Shown: positions 31,764 through 43,178, counted from the stretch's first letter. The stretch: 61,802 nucleotides of DNA from an uncultured Fibrobacterota bacterium (GCA_963729895.1 CAVSQB010000035.1:1-61802); one strand, 5' to 3'. Notes: generated by a model not told the origin, from the sequence alone. Program-made: numbers and translations.

Positions 31764-31963
31764 TACATGGTTTAAACTCGAACTCCGCTTTGCACGCCCC
31801 CCTCCCCTCAAAAAGTGGTCACAAAACTGGTTTTAACCCGATTTCCTTATAATATAACTAACATTCGCTAATTTCAACTAAATACTTGGTTCTTTTGCAG
31901 CCTTTCCCCCTTCTCGCAGCTATTGCTGCGAGGTTCTTCAATTCCATTTCTTGTTGCCTTCTT

Positions 31964-31995
31964 TTGGTTATTTGGTTATATTACCAATTAACCAA
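31964..31995 (+). promoter_or_regulatory. Putative ArsR operator
   Basis: Inverted repeat TTGGTTATTTGGT-TATATT-ACCAATTAACCAA (one mismatch) directly before the arsR RBS. Confidence 0.75.
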
Positions 31996-32008
31996 TAATG
32001 GAGGTCCG

Positions 32009-32332
32009 ATGAAAAGCGCAAAACAGCAAAAATATGAAGCACGTGCCGAGATCATCAAAGCAATGGCACACCCCACCAGATTGCTTATTATCGATGAGTT
32101 GGCAAAGGAAGAGCGGTGCGTCGGCGAACTGACGGAGATGGTTGGCGCCGACACATCAACGGTATCGAAACATCTTCTTGTGCTGAAGAACGCCGGGCTT
32201 ATCGAGGATGATAAACGGGGACAGATGGTTTACTATACCCTGAGCTGTTCCTGCATTCCGAAGTTTATCTCCTGCATCGAGTCCGTAGTGAAGGAAAGTG
32301 CGGAAAAACAAATGGCCCGCGCCACAGCTTGA
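32009..32332 (+). CDS. arsR: ArsR/SmtB-family transcriptional repressor
   Basis: KAMAHPTRL.I, ERCVGEL, STVSKHL.VLK.AGL, C-terminal CSC..C; GGAGG RBS. Confidence 0.9.
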   Translation: MKSAKQQKYEARAEIIKAMAHPTRLLIIDELAKEERCVGELTEMVGADTSTVSKHLLVLKNAGLIEDDKRGQMVYYTLSCSCIPKFISCIESVVKESAEKQMARATA

Positions 32333-32364
32333 AAGCTGATTACTGATGTAAAGGAGTTTTTAAA

Positions 32365-32640
32365 ATGGAATCTATCATGAATCCGTCCGTCAAGGAACTC
32401 GTGGCAATCGGCGCAGCCATAGCGGCAAACTGCGAGTTCTGTTTCAAGTTTCACTATGACAAGGCCGGAAAACTCGGTGTGTCACGCGAAGACATGCTTG
32501 CTGCGGCCGAGACGGCAATTATGGTGAAGAATTCCCCGGCAAAATCTATTGCGGACCTTGCGGAAAAATATCTTAAAAGCGAGATCCCGCCGGTCGAAGA
32601 AAAGACACCAACCCACGCATCAGCCTGCGGGTGCTCATGA
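32365..32640 (+). CDS. Carboxymuconolactone decarboxylase (AhpD-like) family protein
   Basis: KELVAIGAAIAANCEFCFKFH (CxxC..H); C-terminal CGC. Confidence 0.85.
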   Translation: MESIMNPSVKELVAIGAAIAANCEFCFKFHYDKAGKLGVSREDMLAAAETAIMVKNSPAKSIADLAEKYLKSEIPPVEEKTPTHASACGCS

Positions 32641-32661
32641 TCGATCCCGGGAAGCAATCTA

Positions 32662-33102
32662 ATGGGGAAATCTAAAATCCTTTTTCTCTGTACCGGCAAC
32701 TCATGCCGCAGCCAGATGGCCGAAGGATGGGCGCGTGGGCTCAAGAGTGATGTGATAGAACCCTATTCGGCGGGCGTTGAAGTTCACGGCATGAATCCGC
32801 TTGCCGTAAAGGCCATGGCGGAAGCTGGTGTTGACATATCGAAACAGCGGTCAAAGCATGTTCGTGAATTGATGGATGTTCCTTTCGATTTCGTAATAAC
32901 CCTCTGTGACCAGGCAAATCAATCATGCCCGATTTTCCCGGGGAAAGTGAAGCACGTGCATGCCGGTTTTGACGATCCGCCCAAGCTTGCCAAGAATGCT
33001 AAGTCCGAAGAGGAGGCATTACCATATTACCGGCGAGTGCGGGATGAAATCAGAAAATTTGTGGAAGAGTTACCGGATAATATCATGGATAAACATCAAT
33101 AG
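32662..33102 (+). CDS. arsC: Arsenate reductase, LMW-PTP type
   Basis: CTGNSCRSQMAEG, TLCD...CP, FDDP, RVRDEI. Confidence 0.93.
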   Translation: MGKSKILFLCTGNSCRSQMAEGWARGLKSDVIEPYSAGVEVHGMNPLAVKAMAEAGVDISKQRSKHVRELMDVPFDFVITLCDQANQSCPIFPGKVKHVHAGFDDPPKLAKNAKSEEEALPYYRRVRDEIRKFVEELPDNIMDKHQ

Positions 33103-33117
33103 AAAGGGCGGGCATTT

Positions 33118-33771
33118 GTGGAAAACAATATGGAAAAACCGGAATCGCAGCAATGCGGTCCTGATTGCGCATGCAAGGATGAAAAAGGACTTTCAAAGAG
33201 GACAAAGATAATCCTCCTTGCCGCCATCATCCTTTGCGCCGGTGCTGCGCTAACCAGCGCAATTGTACGCAAGTCGAGTCAGGCACAGGCACCAACAGCC
33301 TCCAGCTATGCATCGGCGCTCTCCCTTAAATCATCTGCAGCACCGGCAAGAGCAGATTCGACATCGGGAGCCGGAGATACCGCAAAGGCGATTTCATTCG
33401 CTATGCTGCCGTCTTTGGCGTCACTCGACACCCTAGCGGCAAATTTTGATGGGGTTTTCATCCTAATGGTGAAGAGCGAGGCGGAGAAAACAAAAGCCAT
33501 AGCTCAGGAAATCGGGTGTGCAACGACCACAATAACGGCAAAGGGCATGCGCATGGGTGCGTTCCAACTTTCAGCCGGGACGCCCGAATTCGCGTCCTTG
33601 AGCGCCCAGGTTCCATCACCTGGCGTCATTGTTGTTGTCAAGGGTCGTGGCATGCGTGCTGTGGCCGGGACAAACATCACCCGGACAAACCTGCTTCAGG
33701 CATGTATCGCTGCAATGCAGCCTTCCTCATGCTGCTCGGCAGGCGGGAATGGCAGCTGTTGTAAGAAATAG
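33118..33771 (+). CDS. Single-TM protein with Cys-rich termini
   Basis: N-terminal CGPDCAC, one TM helix, C-terminal SSCC...SCCKK. Confidence 0.7.
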   Translation: MENNMEKPESQQCGPDCACKDEKGLSKRTKIILLAAIILCAGAALTSAIVRKSSQAQAPTASSYASALSLKSSAAPARADSTSGAGDTAKAISFAMLPSLASLDTLAANFDGVFILMVKSEAEKTKAIAQEIGCATTTITAKGMRMGAFQLSAGTPEFASLSAQVPSPGVIVVVKGRGMRAVAGTNITRTNLLQACIAAMQPSSCCSAGGNGSCCKK

Positions 33772-33791
33772 CTTTAAAGGAGACATGTAAA

Positions 33792-34493
33792 ATGCAGGAA
33801 GTTATTGCCACGATCAAATCGATGCTCAACAGCGCAGGGTACGGTCCCGTGTCCATGACATTTTCGCTGGTATTGGGCACTCTCAGCGCAATCGCAAGCG
33901 CGTGCTGCACCTTACCCCTCATGGGCGCGGTTGCCGGCTATTCCATTTCTCGGGAAGAAAACCGGCAAAGAGCCTTGCAGTCTGCTTTGCTGTTCATGGC
34001 CGGCGTGGTTGCTGCACTACTGGCTATCGGCTGGATAATTATCTTTTTCGGGCAATCGGCAATAAGGGTCTCCGGCGGTTACTGGAAAATTGCGGCAGGG
34101 GTCATTGCGCTCTTATTCGGTGTCAGCTCGCTCCAGTTATTCCCTTTCCCATTACCAAAATTCTCCGTTATGAATCGAGCGAAAAAACCGGGCGCCGTTC
34201 TTTCGGGGTTTTCAGGTGTGACATTCGGCGGCGCGATTGCCATAACTTCCCTGTGTTGCAACCCAGGTATTTTCGTGATTCTAGGGGCTGCCGTTCTTGA
34301 GAAACACACTCTCTGGGCCGTGACGAATCTTTTCGCCTATGCCATTGGGTTCAGTGCGCCGCTTTCAGCGCTCGTTTTCGGACTCTCTTTCGGCAAAAGC
34401 GTGATCCGGCTGGAAAAAGCGGAGAAAATTATCAGGATCTCTGCCGGGATTCTGCTGATCGCGGCAGCGCTGTATCTTTTTTATTCTTATTGA
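33792..34493 (+). CDS. CcdA/DsbD-like transmembrane protein
   Basis: About 6 TM segments; ACCTLP and LCCNP at the positions of the CcdA redox cysteines; YAIGFSAPL. Confidence 0.75.
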   Translation: MQEVIATIKSMLNSAGYGPVSMTFSLVLGTLSAIASACCTLPLMGAVAGYSISREENRQRALQSALLFMAGVVAALLAIGWIIIFFGQSAIRVSGGYWKIAAGVIALLFGVSSLQLFPFPLPKFSVMNRAKKPGAVLSGFSGVTFGGAIAITSLCCNPGIFVILGAAVLEKHTLWAVTNLFAYAIGFSAPLSALVFGLSFGKSVIRLEKAEKIIRISAGILLIAAALYLFYSY

Positions 34494-34533
34494 ACCCTGG
34501 GGCACAAACCGCTCACACAAGGCATATCAAACT

Positions 34534-35598
34534 ATGACAAGTAACAATTCTTCATCTGCCAAGATTTCGGAAGGAGAAATTCCTGACAAACACGCATTAT
34601 ATCTATCATCGACCATGACATTTGCCGACGGCTACGGCTCCGTTATGTGTCGCATCAGTAACACGTTCAGAATGAAATTCACTGTTGCTCCAGGGCTTTA
34701 TGCTTTAGGCAAACCCGACCAGAACTCCCTGGTGCTCGTGACCGCCAATTACCGGTTGAGCCTGAATGCGCTGCGCAGGTTTCTTGCCGGAAGAAACATC
34801 TGGATACTGGTAATCGACACCAAAGGAATCAATGTGTGGTGCGCCGCCGGAAAAGGTACATTCTGTACAAATGAGATTGTCAAACAGCTGTCGTCATGTG
34901 ATCTAAAATCACGCATCTCGCACCACACGCTCATTCTGCCGCAACTGAGCGCATCCGGAGTTTCCGCATCAAAGCTTCAAAAGGCAAGCGGCTTTTCCGT
35001 AAAATTCGGCCCTGTGCGTGCATCAGATATACCGGCATATCTTGACAATAACTGCACGGTAAGTCCTGCAATGCGGCGTGTGCAATTTTCCTTTATTGAT
35101 CGCGCAAAACTTGTTCCTATGGAGACGATCCCCGCATTCAAAAAAGTGGGGCTCTTTTTGCTCATTACCGCTATTCTATTCGGCATGACACGCAACGGCA
35201 TTATTTACAGACAAGCGCTGTCGGGCGTTGTGCCTCTCGTACTATCAGGGCTGACCGCTCTTTTCACCGGTACGATCCTTTCGCCGCTGTTGTTGCCTTT
35301 CATTCCGGGCCGGGCATTTTCGATCAAGGGATTCGTTACCGGCCTGATTGGGGCAATCGCAATTATTTCTTTGTTGCCAATCAGTCGAAGCACGCCATTC
35401 TTAGCGGCATTCACCTTGGTTTCTGTGCCCGCGTTCAGCTCATACCTGTCGTTTCTGTTCACGGGCAGTACCACCTATACATCGCCTTCAGGCGTAAAAA
35501 CAGAGTTGAAAATAGCGTGGCCGCTCTACCTTGCGAGCGCCGGAATATCCGCGGTACTGCTCATCATGGTACTTATTCGCTTCTGGAGGATTGCATGA
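34534..35598 (+). CDS. hgcA: Mercury methylation corrinoid protein HgcA
   Basis: Cap-helix motif GINVWCAAGKG; PGLY..G.P, VLVTANY, LPQL, GPVRA; C-terminal TM helices; FTGSTTYTSPSGV. Confidence 0.96.
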   Translation: MTSNNSSSAKISEGEIPDKHALYLSSTMTFADGYGSVMCRISNTFRMKFTVAPGLYALGKPDQNSLVLVTANYRLSLNALRRFLAGRNIWILVIDTKGINVWCAAGKGTFCTNEIVKQLSSCDLKSRISHHTLILPQLSASGVSASKLQKASGFSVKFGPVRASDIPAYLDNNCTVSPAMRRVQFSFIDRAKLVPMETIPAFKKVGLFLLITAILFGMTRNGIIYRQALSGVVPLVLSGLTALFTGTILSPLLLPFIPGRAFSIKGFVTGLIGAIAIISLLPISRSTPFLAAFTLVSVPAFSSYLSFLFTGSTTYTSPSGVKTELKIAWPLYLASAGISAVLLIMVLIRFWRIA

Positions 35599-35900
35599 AA
35601 CATTTGTATATATCCGGCGTGTCGACCTTGAAACTTACCGTGGAGAAATGCACCGGTTGCGGACGTTGCGTGGAAGTCTGTCCTCACGGTGTTTTTGAAA
35701 TGCTCGACCATCGCGCCCGCATCATTGCGCTTGACAATTGCATAGAATGCGGAGCTTGCTCTCGGAACTGTTCCTTTGGCGCACTATCCGTAAAGAACGG
35801 CGTCGGATGCGCTGTCGCAATGATCAACGGCATGATGACCAAGGGCGATCCGGATCAAGGCACCTGCGACTGCGGCGGTGGTTCCGGAAGCTGCTGTTGA
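35595..35900 (+). CDS. hgcB: Mercury methylation ferredoxin HgcB
   Basis: CTGCGRCVEVCPHGVF, CIECGACSRNC, GVGCA, C-terminal CDC...CC; ATGA overlap with the hgcA stop. Confidence 0.95.
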   Translation: MKHLYISGVSTLKLTVEKCTGCGRCVEVCPHGVFEMLDHRARIIALDNCIECGACSRNCSFGALSVKNGVGCAVAMINGMMTKGDPDQGTCDCGGGSGSCC

Positions 35901-35958
35901 AGCCCGGGAGCACGGGAAGAATAAGGGATATACCACATTTTCTTCAAGGAGGAATCCG

Positions 35959-36261
35959 ATGAATGGCGAATCACCATGGTACTTGAGAAAGTCGCCTCTG
36001 GGCGCAGCGTATCAACATTTTTCCAGCGTTGCCAAACAGAAAACCGTACTGGACGATAAAACAAAAGAATTGATCAGATTAGCCATAGCGTCGGTGTTCA
36101 GATGTAATCATTGCACGGAGCATCATATTAAAGATGCGCTCGCCGTTGGGGCCACAAAAGAAGAAATTTCGGAAGCCTTGCTTCTTGCCTCGTTACAGTC
36201 GGCAGGAACGCAACTTAATTGGAGCAAAGAATTATTTGAAAAATATTTGGGTAATGAATAA
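35959..36261 (+). CDS. Carboxymuconolactone decarboxylase (AhpD-like) family protein
   Basis: [12 protein letters not shown]...RCNHCTEHH...A...GAT.EEI.EA; AGGAGG RBS. Confidence 0.88.
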   Translation: MNGESPWYLRKSPLGAAYQHFSSVAKQKTVLDDKTKELIRLAIASVFRCNHCTEHHIKDALAVGATKEEISEALLLASLQSAGTQLNWSKELFEKYLGNE

Positions 36262-36286
36262 ATCTTTGCAAAACAGGGGACTCCAA

Positions 36287-37345
36287 ATGGCAGAAAAAGA
36301 GACAAAATCGCTTTCATTCCTCGACCGTTACCTTACCCTGTGGATCTTCCTCGCAATGGCGCTTGGCGTAGGCATCGGCTGGTTGTTTCCTGCGGTGTCG
36401 GTCGGATTGTCACGCATGAGCGCAGGTACCACCTCGATTCCCATTGCCCTCGGCCTGATTATCATGATGTATCCGCCGCTCGCCAAGGTAAACTACAGGC
36501 GGATCGGCGGCGTATTTACAGACAAGAAAGCACTGGCCCTCTCGCTCGTTCAGAACTGGATTGTGGGCCCGGCGCTGATGTTCCTCCTGGCAATCCTCTT
36601 TCTGCGCGACCAGCCGCACCTCATGACCGGCGTCATCATTATCGGCCTGGCGCGGTGCATCGCCATGGTGATCGTATGGAACAGCCTAGCCAAGGGCAAC
36701 AGTGAATATGCCGCAGCCCTGGTCGCATTCAACTCCGTGTTCCAGGTTTTGTTTTTCGCATTGTATGCATGGATCTTTGTCACCGTGTTGCCACCCGTCT
36801 TCGGCCTTGCCGGTCACGAAGTCCATGTATCGATGAAGGACGTGGCCATTTCGGTCGGCATTTATCTGGGGATTCCCTTTGTGGCGGGATTTGCCACACG
36901 CATGATTGTGGAACCGGTCAAGGGAACCCAATGGTATACCCGGCAATTCATGCCGAAAATCGGTCCCGTGGCCTTGATCGCGCTTCTCTTCACCATACTT
37001 GTTATGTTTATTTACAAGGGCAAAACAATCGTTGCGCTGCCCCTCGACGTTGTCCGGGTTGCGATTCCCTTGGGAATCTACTTTCTTATCATGTTTTTCG
37101 GATCAATGTTCCTGACCCGCCGCGTGGGAATCGATTACGGAGAATCCGTCAGCCTGTCCTTCACGGCCGCGAGCAACAATTTCGAACTCGCCATAGCGGT
37201 TGCCGTGGGCGTGTTCGGTATCGCTTCGCAGGAGGCGTTTGCGGCCGTAATCGGTCCCCTCATCGAAGTGCCGGTAATGATTGGGCTGGTGAATGTCGCT
37301 CTTAAATTGCGGAATTCTTTATATCTCCCGAATCTGAAGCGATGA
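36287..37345 (+). CDS. acr3: Arsenite efflux transporter Acr3
   Basis: [56 protein letters not shown]. Confidence 0.95.
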   Translation: MAEKETKSLSFLDRYLTLWIFLAMALGVGIGWLFPAVSVGLSRMSAGTTSIPIALGLIIMMYPPLAKVNYRRIGGVFTDKKALALSLVQNWIVGPALMFLLAILFLRDQPHLMTGVIIIGLARCIAMVIVWNSLAKGNSEYAAALVAFNSVFQVLFFALYAWIFVTVLPPVFGLAGHEVHVSMKDVAISVGIYLGIPFVAGFATRMIVEPVKGTQWYTRQFMPKIGPVALIALLFTILVMFIYKGKTIVALPLDVVRVAIPLGIYFLIMFFGSMFLTRRVGIDYGESVSLSFTAASNNFELAIAVAVGVFGIASQEAFAAVIGPLIEVPVMIGLVNVALKLRNSLYLPNLKR

Positions 37346-38233
37346 TAGATTGATCTTTCCCAGTCCAAACTCATACGCCATTCTGGTCGTTCGAACCTCT
37401 TCACCTTTGATGCCGAGCAGGTTGGCGCCGTACACATCCATAGCGACCCGGTCCACACCGGCAAACACTTTCTGCGGTGTGGTCACTTTTCCGGGACCTT
37501 GCGGTCCATTCGTCGTGATCATTTGCGTGCCGTCGAAGATACACAGATCCGGCTTCCGCAGAAGATTAACATCTGCGATACATTGCGAGAGGAACTCGAC
37601 ATCGTCGTAGAAGCCCTTTGCCCCGGATCCGGCGTGGAAAAAGCGGTTGGTGCTGCGAGACGTTGCACCCATCATGTTCTTCATGGTGCCGGTAAACCGT
37701 ACCCCGTTATGATTTTTTGCTATAGGTACGTTAATGAGCACATCGCAATCCAGCAATCCTTTCGCGATTTCCGCATTCTTGAGCGACCGGCCATGCGGGA
37801 TGGACACATTCACAAATTCGTTTCCAAGAAACCGGACGGCCTTCACCTCATCGGGGAATTTTTCGGAGAGAGCGCTGCGACTCCAGTAGGAGGCATCGAG
37901 GTTTTTGAAAACCCCGATTTCCCTGGCGCCGGCATCCAGGCACATGCGCAGCACGGCCAGCGTGATATCCGGATTCACGTAACTTCCCGCATACTGCCAG
38001 GGAGAATTGATCAGCAGGCCCACCTTCGATTGTTTCGGCACGAACCTGGGCATGCCGCCGAGGATTTCCACTGCTTTGATCGTGTTCTTGAAATAATCCG
38101 CACCCTTCACCGCCGCGATGTCGACATTGACATCAGCGAACACCGAGCCCCTTATGCCGCTTCCCAGGATCGCTGATGCGCCGAACAACGCGCTGCTTTT
38201 CATGAACGAACGGCGACTGATTGATTCACTCAT
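37319..38233 (-). CDS. DUF362 domain protein with Tat signal
   Basis: SRRSFMK twin-arginine motif; [21 protein letters not shown]. Confidence 0.82.
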   Translation of the reverse strand: MSESISRRSFMKSSALFGASAILGSGIRGSVFADVNVDIAAVKGADYFKNTIKAVEILGGMPRFVPKQSKVGLLINSPWQYAGSYVNPDITLAVLRMCLDAGAREIGVFKNLDASYWSRSALSEKFPDEVKAVRFLGNEFVNVSIPHGRSLKNAEIAKGLLDCDVLINVPIAKNHNGVRFTGTMKNMMGATSRSTNRFFHAGSGAKGFYDDVEFLSQCIADVNLLRKPDLCIFDGTQMITTNGPQGPGKVTTPQKVFAGVDRVAMDVYGANLLGIKGEEVRTTRMAYEFGLGKINLSSLQIREI

Positions 38234-38347
38234 GTGCGTTCCCCTTTCACTCCTTTACTGTTTTTCTTCCGGCATTAGTCTTCCCGTTGCACCGAACCAA
38301 GATTACGCATATAATCGACGAAAAGTTCAAAGAACAACCTCATTCGT

Positions 38348-39394
<1,047 letters not shown>

Positions 39395-39578
39395 CTATGA
39401 GCCGGAGAACGCTCACAGGACGCATCCAAAAGGCGGGATTTCGGATACAAATTTACCGTCCCGCGGGCAACCATCCTTGCACAATTCCAAAGGACCGCCG
39501 AGTTGCCTCAGGTGGCTGGCAGCGCGTTGCCTGATAAGGCGCCGTGGTGAAATCGATGGTACGGTGAGGTGAGAGGTT

Positions 39579-39598
39579 GGAGCGCCTTACGGCGCTCC
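39579..39598 (-). terminator. Hairpin downstream of GH2 copy 2 (possible terminator)
   Basis: GGAGCGCC-TTAC-GGCGCTCC; no clear U-tract. Confidence 0.45.
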
Positions 39599-39627
39599 TC
39601 CTACTGGATAAACCGTGCCGAGCGGAA

Positions 39628-42462
39628 TTACCGCACAAGGAGAACCTGTTTGACAAAGTTTCCGCCACCCACATTAAGGCGGACAAAGCAAATACCGCTC
39701 CCCTTAAACTCACCGTTGCCCGTTGATCCGTTCATCGGGATCGGATGCCATCCTGGCTCGGTTCTGGAACTCGGTACGCGTGTCAGAATCCTTCCGCTTG
39801 CGTCAAGAATCTCCACGGAAACAAATGAAGGATTGCTGATGTAATAGCGGACCACGCCGTTTGTCGCCCTGACGTCAAACGTCGGCATGGCGGACAACGC
39901 CGCCGGATGCAACGCGGGGCGCTGCACCGACACCGGTACCGTGGGCACCGGAACTACGGTAAACGATGCACTGCCCGACCCAAGGCCGGGCGATGTGGCG
40001 GTCACGGTCACAACGCCGGGCGTGAACGTGGACCGGACTGCAACCTTACACAAGCCTCCCTCCGCGTTCAGGTTCGGGTCGAGCGGAGCATGATAGCCAT
40101 AGGGCTGGCCGGCAGTGACCATCTGATCCGCGCCGCCGCGATAGTTGCCGGGCCCGCTCACGCTGAACGTGACAATATTGCTGGCCAATGGATTCGTTAT
40201 GCCGTTTGCATCAACGACCTTTGCCAGAATGAGGGCGGCATCGGTGCCGTTGGCCGTGATCTGAAATGTGTCTCCGTCAAGCTTCACCACAGGCGTATCC
40301 ACAACCAGAACGATGTGGTCGGCATTGCCGGCGGTTTGCTTCTGATCGGAACACACAATAGTATTATTGGCATCGAGGCCGTTTGCAAGAAGCGTTCCGG
40401 CCGCCCAGGTCACGTTGTCCCAATAGCACTGGAAGGGCAGCGTGGTGTTGGTTTCCCCGATAGTCTTGCTATCGCTCGTACCCTGCCAGGGATTGGGCGT
40501 CTTGACCCCCTGACTGGCGCCATTGACGAAAAGCTCCACGCTGGGACAGTTACTAAACACGTTGACCCGAACCGCGCCGGACCGGTTCCAGTGGTGGCAA
40601 AGATAAGCCACGGGCTTGATGGAATAGGGAGTCCAGCACGCGGCATACATTTTGTAAAGCATCTTCGGTATGCGACTGTAATCCATCATGGAACAGCCGA
40701 ACGATCTCACGCCGGTGGACGGGCTGCCATCCAGATAGGCCTGGCACTCGCCGGGCGTTTCGGAGAGGTACCATTGACACATGCCAAAACAGTTATTCAG
40801 CCGGCCGTCCTTCCAGTTCATCAGGTATTCCTCGGCGAACTGGATTTCGTAGTCGTACGCGGTCCTCTCCGAAGCCCTACCCCACGCTTCGGCGCCCCAA
40901 CAGGGATTATCGGGCGCTCCCCACTTGTATCCTATCTCGCACCCGTTGCCCGTGCACGAGACAAGATCGTTGGGCCCGTGTCCGGTTCCCCTCACCGATA
41001 TCACGCGCGGGGCAAGGGAGTCCCACGTGTTGCAGATCGCCCGCAAGGTGTCGCAAATGACAGGATCGATATCGCCGTTGCAGACCTCCCAAGCAAGAAT
41101 GGACGGATCGTTTCTGTCGCGTACGACTCCGTCGCGCTGCATTTCCTTCTTGAGTGTGAGGCAGTCCGCGGTCGTATTAGCGTACGTGGCGAACCCTCCC
41201 TCGCCGTCGCCGCTGGGCTGCATGAGCATCACGCCCGTGTTGTCACAGGCGTACACGAATCCCGGGCTGCACGCGGAATGCCCCGGCCTCCACAAGTTGC
41301 CGCCGGCTCTCGCGAGAAGCATCGCATCACGGTATTCGATTTCCGGCGACAGGGCGGTTCCAAGCGCAGGATAGTCGTACCTGCCCGAAGCACCGTCCAT
41401 ATACATCATGTGACCGTTGATATACGGATAATTGATGTCCCACGTGATGATGCGTATTCCCAGGGGACTTGTAAAGACGTCGACCGTCGTCGCGCCCACC
41501 TTCACGATGTGGTACACGGTATACATGTAGGGACCGCCAAAGGTGCAGTTGTTGGAATACCACAGGTGCGGGTTGGCCACAGTGCCTGACTGGTTGAACA
41601 CGGAGCTTTGCCCGGCTGCCACGGACTGCGCGGCGCTCGTGAGAGACAAAACCACGGTGTTGGCCGCATCCACCACCTTGGTGGTCACCGTGACGCTCTG
41701 AGCGTTGGCGCCGTCATTCCTCACGTTGGTCAACAATCGCAGCGTCGCCTGCGACCCGTCGGATGCGAGGGCCGTGGTGGCGACATAGGTACCCCATTGC
41801 TTGAGAGTGGAATACAGGTTCTGGGGAACATGGACATCGTCGGTAATGTGCATATATACAGGACGGAATATGCCGCCGTCCGAAGACCCGAAACGGAAAC
41901 CTTCCGAAAAACCGGGGTCCTCATAGAACCCCCCGCCCCTGCCCACCCGCACGGCCAGCACATTGTCCGCGCCGCCGAAGGTAACGTAGGGAGTGACATC
42001 CACCACGAATCCCATAAAACCAATGACGTGTGTGGCTTGCGCATCCGCGGTTACCGCGCTGTTGCCCGGGAGAAAAGTACCGTTGATGTATACCTGACAG
42101 CCAACATGCACGCCCTGGAATTCAACGAAAATCTTTCTGGTGGCGTAGGTATTGTCGAGGGTAAAATGTTTCCTGTACCAGACATTTCCCCCGAACATTG
42201 AACCGTCGCCGCCGCCGCTCTGCTGGTTGATGAACGTGTCGGTATCGTTATAGGTGTGCGGAACACCAATCTGTTTCCACGCGGCATCGTTGTACGCAGG
42301 GGCCTGCGCGCCCGTGGGATCCGATTTCGCAAACAACCACGGTGTTGCACCCATATTGATGTCCACCCTGTTGCTTGCCTCGCCTGTGTAGGTGTCTGCA
42401 TAACCGGAGATAGCCGCCAACATCGTAACAACCAGTGCCCATCTAAGAATTTTACCTTTCAT
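39628..42462 (-). CDS. Secreted glycoside hydrolase family 2, copy 2
   Basis: Colinear paralogue of 28726-31557 (same MKGKIL start and QVLLVR end). Confidence 0.88.
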   Translation of the reverse strand: MKGKILRWALVVTMLAAISGYADTYTGEASNRVDINMGATPWLFAKSDPTGAQAPAYNDAAWKQIGVPHTYNDTDTFINQQSGGGDGSMFGGNVWYRKHFTLDNTYATRKIFVEFQGVHVGCQVYINGTFLPGNSAVTADAQATHVIGFMGFVVDVTPYVTFGGADNVLAVRVGRGGGFYEDPGFSEGFRFGSSDGGIFRPVYMHITDDVHVPQNLYSTLKQWGTYVATTALASDGSQATLRLLTNVRNDGANAQSVTVTTKVVDAANTVVLSLTSAAQSVAAGQSSVFNQSGTVANPHLWYSNNCTFGGPYMYTVYHIVKVGATTVDVFTSPLGIRIITWDINYPYINGHMMYMDGASGRYDYPALGTALSPEIEYRDAMLLARAGGNLWRPGHSACSPGFVYACDNTGVMLMQPSGDGEGGFATYANTTADCLTLKKEMQRDGVVRDRNDPSILAWEVCNGDIDPVICDTLRAICNTWDSLAPRVISVRGTGHGPNDLVSCTGNGCEIGYKWGAPDNPCWGAEAWGRASERTAYDYEIQFAEEYLMNWKDGRLNNCFGMCQWYLSETPGECQAYLDGSPSTGVRSFGCSMMDYSRIPKMLYKMYAACWTPYSIKPVAYLCHHWNRSGAVRVNVFSNCPSVELFVNGASQGVKTPNPWQGTSDSKTIGETNTTLPFQCYWDNVTWAAGTLLANGLDANNTIVCSDQKQTAGNADHIVLVVDTPVVKLDGDTFQITANGTDAALILAKVVDANGITNPLASNIVTFSVSGPGNYRGGADQMVTAGQPYGYHAPLDPNLNAEGGLCKVAVRSTFTPGVVTVTATSPGLGSGSASFTVVPVPTVPVSVQRPALHPAALSAMPTFDVRATNGVVRYYISNPSFVSVEILDASGRILTRVPSSRTEPGWHPIPMNGSTGNGEFKGSGICFVRLNVGGGNFVKQVLLVR

Positions 42463-43006
42463 TTTTATTTCCTCCCCCAAAAATGCTTTTTAAAGACCAT
42501 TGAGCGTTCAATGCACGGCTTGGATTCGAACTCCGCTTTGCATACCCCCCCTTCCCGAAAGTGGTTACAAAACCAGGTCCAACCCCATTCTTGACATCAT
42601 AATAATATACTCCATAATCGCCGAATTTCACGAGTTACTTGGTTCTTTTGCAGCCCTGCCCATTTTGGCATTGGCTGTAGGGGGACGTAAACGGGAGGCA
42701 AGGGGATAGACACCTTTGATCGGCGATAACGCATTTCCCCAGGGGGCGGTCGTTGGTTTTTCCTTCACTCTTCCGCAGAATTCTCTTTATCAATGCCCAG
42801 CTTCTTTAATTTTCTAAATAATGTGCTGTTGTGTCATAATAGACCCATAAACTCAACCTGCGCATTTTTTTAAAATACCATGTTCAAGCGAATCCTGGTC
42901 TGGGTCTTCCGCCGCATAGGCATAAAAGATTTATTTTCGCTGCGAATTGCTGCTCGTGCAGCACTGGTACTCCGCCGGACACTTGCCTGAAGAAATTGAC
43001 GCCAAC

Positions 43007-43178
43007 CTACTTCCCCGCTGCAATCTCTCCCGCTATCAATTCCGCCTGCTTCAAGACCGTCTCGGTTGCTAACATTTGCATGTCGGGCGGGTAGCCGAAT
43101 TGACGGAGGATTCTTTTAACGATCACTTTCAGCTTTGCCTTTACACTTTCCTTGATGGTCCAGTCGATTGAGGCGTTT
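43007..43178 (-). pseudogene. hsdR: C-terminal remnant of type I restriction subunit HsdR
   Basis: Manual translation [46 protein letters not shown]...* is the characteristic HsdR tail; the rest of the gene is absent. Confidence 0.85.

Noticed and set aside
34534..35598. Alternative call as CdhE/AcsC corrinoid Fe-S protein
   Set aside because: The cap-helix Cys motif, the TM tail and the coupled hgcB identify it as HgcA.
35898..35935. Possible selenocysteine read-through at the hgcB CC-TGA end
   Set aside because: Terminal CC is normal for HgcB, and no convincing SECIS hairpin follows.
39907..41589. 560-aa plus-strand ORF (and 396-aa ORF at 30388-31578)
   Set aside because: Antisense shadows of the GC-rich GH2 genes; no motifs.
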